A stretch of 64,000 bases of DNA from Rubrobacter sp. GTDB taxonomy: Bacteria > Actinomycetota > Rubrobacteria > Rubrobacterales > Rubrobacteraceae. Numbering within the stretch: the stretch's first letter is position 1; every line of letters begins with the position of its first letter. Below, one piece after another: positions 61,263-64,000 of this stretch. A model generated the notes under the pieces. It did no database searches. It saw only the letters and a program-made list of their open reading frames with translations, and was not told where the DNA came from. The stretch covers positions 22,930-86,929 of the forward strand of contig DASYWA010000084.1 in assembly GCA_035936475.1 (NCBI GenBank), written 5' to 3'. Made by a program: the position numbers and the translations under genes.

Positions 61263-62618
61263 CTATCTCGGGGCCTCCAGAAGATCTAGCAGGTCGTCTC
61301 CCACGCCGGAGATGTCCCCGGCGCCTAAAGTGAGCACGAGGTCGCCGGGCTCGGAGACCTCGCGCAGGACGCGGGGGATGGCGCCCTGCTGCGGCAGGTA
61401 GAAGACCTCGGGGTGCCCGGGGGTCTCGCAGATGGCGTCAACTATAAGCTTCCCGTTCACGCCGGGCTGGGGCATCTCGCCAGCCCCGTAGACCTCGGTT
61501 ATGACGACGGCGTCGGCCGCGCCGAAGGAGTCGCCGAACTCCTTGTAGAGGGCGCGGGTTCGCGAGTAACGGTGGGGCTGGAAGACCGCGATCACGCGCC
61601 CCCCCTCGCCCACGGTCGAGCGGGCCGCGTCGAGCGTGGCGGAGAGTTCGGTCGGATGGTGGGCGTAGTCGTCCACCACGCGGACCTGCGCCTTCTCCCC
61701 CTTGAGCTGGAACCTCCGTCGCACGCCGCCGAAGGTCCGCAGGGTCAGGGCCGCCTCGTACGCGTCGTGGCCGAGCCAGCGGGCCGTCGCGACGGCGCCC
61801 AGCGAGTTGAGCACGTTGTGCCGCCCGTAGACCCCGAGCTCGACCTCCCCCCGCTCCTCTCCGTTCTCGATGAGCCTGTAGCTGTTCGGTCCGGTCACCT
61901 CGGCCCGCAGGTCCCCCTCCGAGATGCCGTAGGTGGTGACGGGGCACGGCGCCTCAGCCGCGAGCCGCAGGCACACGGGGTCGTCGGCGCAGGCGACGAG
62001 GTGGCCGTCGGGGGGCAGGGCGCCGAGGAACTTTCCGAAGGTCTCGACCACGTCGTCCAGCGAGTCGTAGAAGTCCGGGTGGTCGAACTCGACGTTCGTG
62101 ACGATGGCGACCTGCGGGCGGAGGTAGAGAAAGGAGCGGTCGCTCTCGTCGGCCTCAGCCACGACGAGGTCCTGGCGTCCGAAGGCGACGTTGCTGCCGA
62201 TGTCGTTGAGCTCGCCGCCCACGAGCGCCGTCGGGTTCTCGCCGAGCGACCTCAGGACGTGGGCCGTCATGCTCGTCGTGGTCGTCTTGCCGTGGGTTCC
62301 GGCGACGGCCACGCTGCGGCTGCCCTCGAGGATGGACGCGAGGGCGGCGGCGCGGGGCAGGACCGGGATCGAGCGCCGCCGGGCCTCGAGGAGCTCGGGG
62401 TTCGTCTTCGGGATGGCCGTCGAGATCACGACCTGCTCGGCGTCCCCCACCTGCCCCGTGTCGTGCCCGATATAAACCGTTATGCCGGCCTCTCTGAGCC
62501 TCCTGGTGTAGGCCGACTCTTTTAGGTCCGAGCCGGAGACCTCGTGCCCCCGGCTCTTGAGGACCTCCGCGATGCCGCTCATCCCCGCGCCGCCGATGCC
62601 TATCATGTGGACCTTCAC
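61263..62618 (-). CDS. murC: UDP-N-acetylmuramate-L-alanine ligase
   Basis: IGIGGAGMSG, GTHGKTTT, EADESD, DDYAHHPTE, FQPHRYSRT. Confidence 0.97.
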   Translation of the reverse strand: MKVHMIGIGGAGMSGIAEVLKSRGHEVSGSDLKESAYTRRLREAGITVYIGHDTGQVGDAEQVVISTAIPKTNPELLEARRRSIPVLPRAAALASILEGSRSVAVAGTHGKTTTTSMTAHVLRSLGENPTALVGGELNDIGSNVAFGRQDLVVAEADESDRSFLYLRPQVAIVTNVEFDHPDFYDSLDDVVETFGKFLGALPPDGHLVACADDPVCLRLAAEAPCPVTTYGISEGDLRAEVTGPNSYRLIENGEERGEVELGVYGRHNVLNSLGAVATARWLGHDAYEAALTLRTFGGVRRRFQLKGEKAQVRVVDDYAHHPTELSATLDAARSTVGEGGRVIAVFQPHRYSRTRALYKEFGDSFGAADAVVITEVYGAGEMPQPGVNGKLIVDAICETPGHPEVFYLPQQGAIPRVLREVSEPGDLVLTLGAGDISGVGDDLLDLLEAPR

Positions 62619-63721
62619 CGCCTTGACTCCTCTCCCGCCGCGCGCATCAACCGCCGGGCGACGACGTCCGCCGCCCCGGGCGTCGCGAGCGCCGCCATCC
62701 CGCGGGCCAGCGCCCCGCGCCTGTCTTGGTCGTCGAGCAAGTCCTCGACCCGCCGCTTGAGCGAGCCCGCCGTTACCTCGGCGTCCATCATCAACTCCGC
62801 CGCCCCCCTCTCGGTGAAGTAGCGGGCGTTGTGCAGCTGATGGTCGCCCGTCGCGAAGGGGAAGGGGACGAGCACGGCGGCCCTGCCGACCGCCGCTATG
62901 TCGAAGAGCGACCCGGCGCCGGCCCGGCTGACGACCAGGTCGGCCGCCGCCAGGTACCGCCAGATGTCGTCGACGTACTCCAGGATCACGTGCCGCGGGT
63001 TCTCCGTCGAGAGCCGTCCGAAGTCCCGGCGCCCCGCTACCTGCACCACCGTGTAAGGCGTGCCGCCGCGAAAGGCCTCGACCGCGGCGAGGTTGAGCTT
63101 GAACGCCCCGCCGCTCCCGCCGAAGATAAGGACCACCGGCGGCTCCAACCCGAGGCCCCGCAGGGCCTCCTCCCGCGAAGCCCCGAAGAACTCCGCCCGC
63201 GTCGGCATCCCGACCGTCTCCGCCCCCTGCAGATAGTCGGCCGCGCGCGGGAAGGTCACCAGCGTCTCGTGCGAGATCCTGCCCGCCGCCCGGTTCACCC
63301 GCCCCGGCACGCTGTTCTGCTCGTGCAGCAGCGTCGGCACCCCGAGCGTCCGCGCCGCCACCACCGCCGGCGCGCTCGCGTACCCCCCCACCCCCAGAAC
63401 CGCCCCAGGCCCGAACCGATGTATTATGCGTCTACAGGCGTGGATGGCTTTGAGGAAAAGGGCGGCGGCGCGGGCACGGGCGAGGGGGTTGCCGGCGAAG
63501 GACGTGAGGTTCAGGGGGTGGAGCGGGAAGTTGGCGTTGGGTACGAGGGTCGCCTCGATGCCGGAGCGGGAGCCTACGAAGTGCACGGTTGCGCCCATGG
63601 AACGCAAGCTAGAGGCCACGCACAGCGCGGGGATCGCGTGCCCGCCCGTCCCGCCCCCGGCTATCAGAACGCGCGGGGGTTCGGCGGTTGCGGCGGGGTT
63701 TGATCTCTCTCGCTCTCTCAC
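62615..63721 (-). CDS. murG: MurG glycosyltransferase
   Basis: AGGGTGGH, GGYAS, HEQN..PG..N, GGSGGA, RAGA, HQ..NA. Confidence 0.96.
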   Translation of the reverse strand: MRERERSNPAATAEPPRVLIAGGGTGGHAIPALCVASSLRSMGATVHFVGSRSGIEATLVPNANFPLHPLNLTSFAGNPLARARAAALFLKAIHACRRIIHRFGPGAVLGVGGYASAPAVVAARTLGVPTLLHEQNSVPGRVNRAAGRISHETLVTFPRAADYLQGAETVGMPTRAEFFGASREEALRGLGLEPPVVLIFGGSGGAFKLNLAAVEAFRGGTPYTVVQVAGRRDFGRLSTENPRHVILEYVDDIWRYLAAADLVVSRAGAGSLFDIAAVGRAAVLVPFPFATGDHQLHNARYFTERGAAELMMDAEVTAGSLKRRVEDLLDDQDRRGALARGMAALATPGAADVVARRLMRAAGEESRR

Positions 63722-64000
63722 TGTCCTCCGATATCCTGTAGAGGAGTCCGACGGCCGCGAAGCATACCAGGAGGCTCGAGCCGCCGTAGGAGACGAACGG
63801 CAGCGTTATCCCCGCCAGCGGCAGGACAATCATCGCCGCCCCCATGTTGAAGACCGCCTGCAAGACCAGCATCGTCGTCAGCCCCGCCGCCACGCAGCGG
63901 GCCATCACCGAGGGGGCCTCCAGCGCTATCTTCACCCCCGCCACCGCGACAAAGCAGAAGGCGGCTATCACCCCGACCATGCCGAGCACGCCCAGCTCCT
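63609..64000 (-). CDS. ftsW: FtsW (SEDS), 5'-partial
   Basis: EELG..G, GITLPFVSYGGSS; upstream of murG. Confidence 0.9.
   Translation of the reverse strand, partial: ELGVLGMVGVIAAFCFVAVAGVKIALEAPSVMARCVAAGLTTMLVLQAVFNMGAAMIVLPLAGITLPFVSYGGSSLLVCFAAVGLLYRISEDSERAREIKPRRNRRTPARSDSRGRDGRARDPRAVRGL

Overview
A 64-kb chromosomal segment of a high-GC actinobacterium. Gene content (mIHF, GarA-like FHA, single-domain RsiG-like protein, FtsA plus SepF, pilMNO) best fits Rubrobacteria (inference). Mostly core genes. Three genes on + (miaA partial, hflX, RibD-like) converge at ~2.8 kb with a ~61-kb run that is almost all on -: tyrosine recombinase, apt, MerR, FHA, rsiG-like, GMPP-PMM, der-plsC-cmk-aroA-rluB-scpBA, ald-like, pyrG, recN-nadK-tlyA-ispA-nusB-efp, aroQBKC, type IV pilus pilMNO(P), fmt-def-priA-metK-coaBC-rpoZ-gmk-mIHF, pyr operon (no pyrF/pyrE), ylm/dcw cluster to ftsW. 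Accessory inserts: an eroded EamA gene and a ~4-kb FAD oxidase/SnoaL/GNAT/XRE block. No tRNA, rRNA, CRISPR or IS was seen. Best leads: (1) a 28-bp 11-6-11 dif-like site at the strand-convergence point, ~420 bp downstream of an intact non-canonical Xer-family recombinase, with a truncated cassette-like ORF in between; (2) an RsiG homologue that has lost 4 of 5 c-di-GMP-binding residues; (3) apparent pseudoenzymes (Ald lacking K75/H96, CoaC half of CoaBC, PriA helicase); (4) recurrent AT-rich (C/T)ATAATAC cores at local C-rich to G-rich skew switches, including inside genes. Start codons were adjusted by eye from the ORF track; all family calls come from motif recognition, not database searches.
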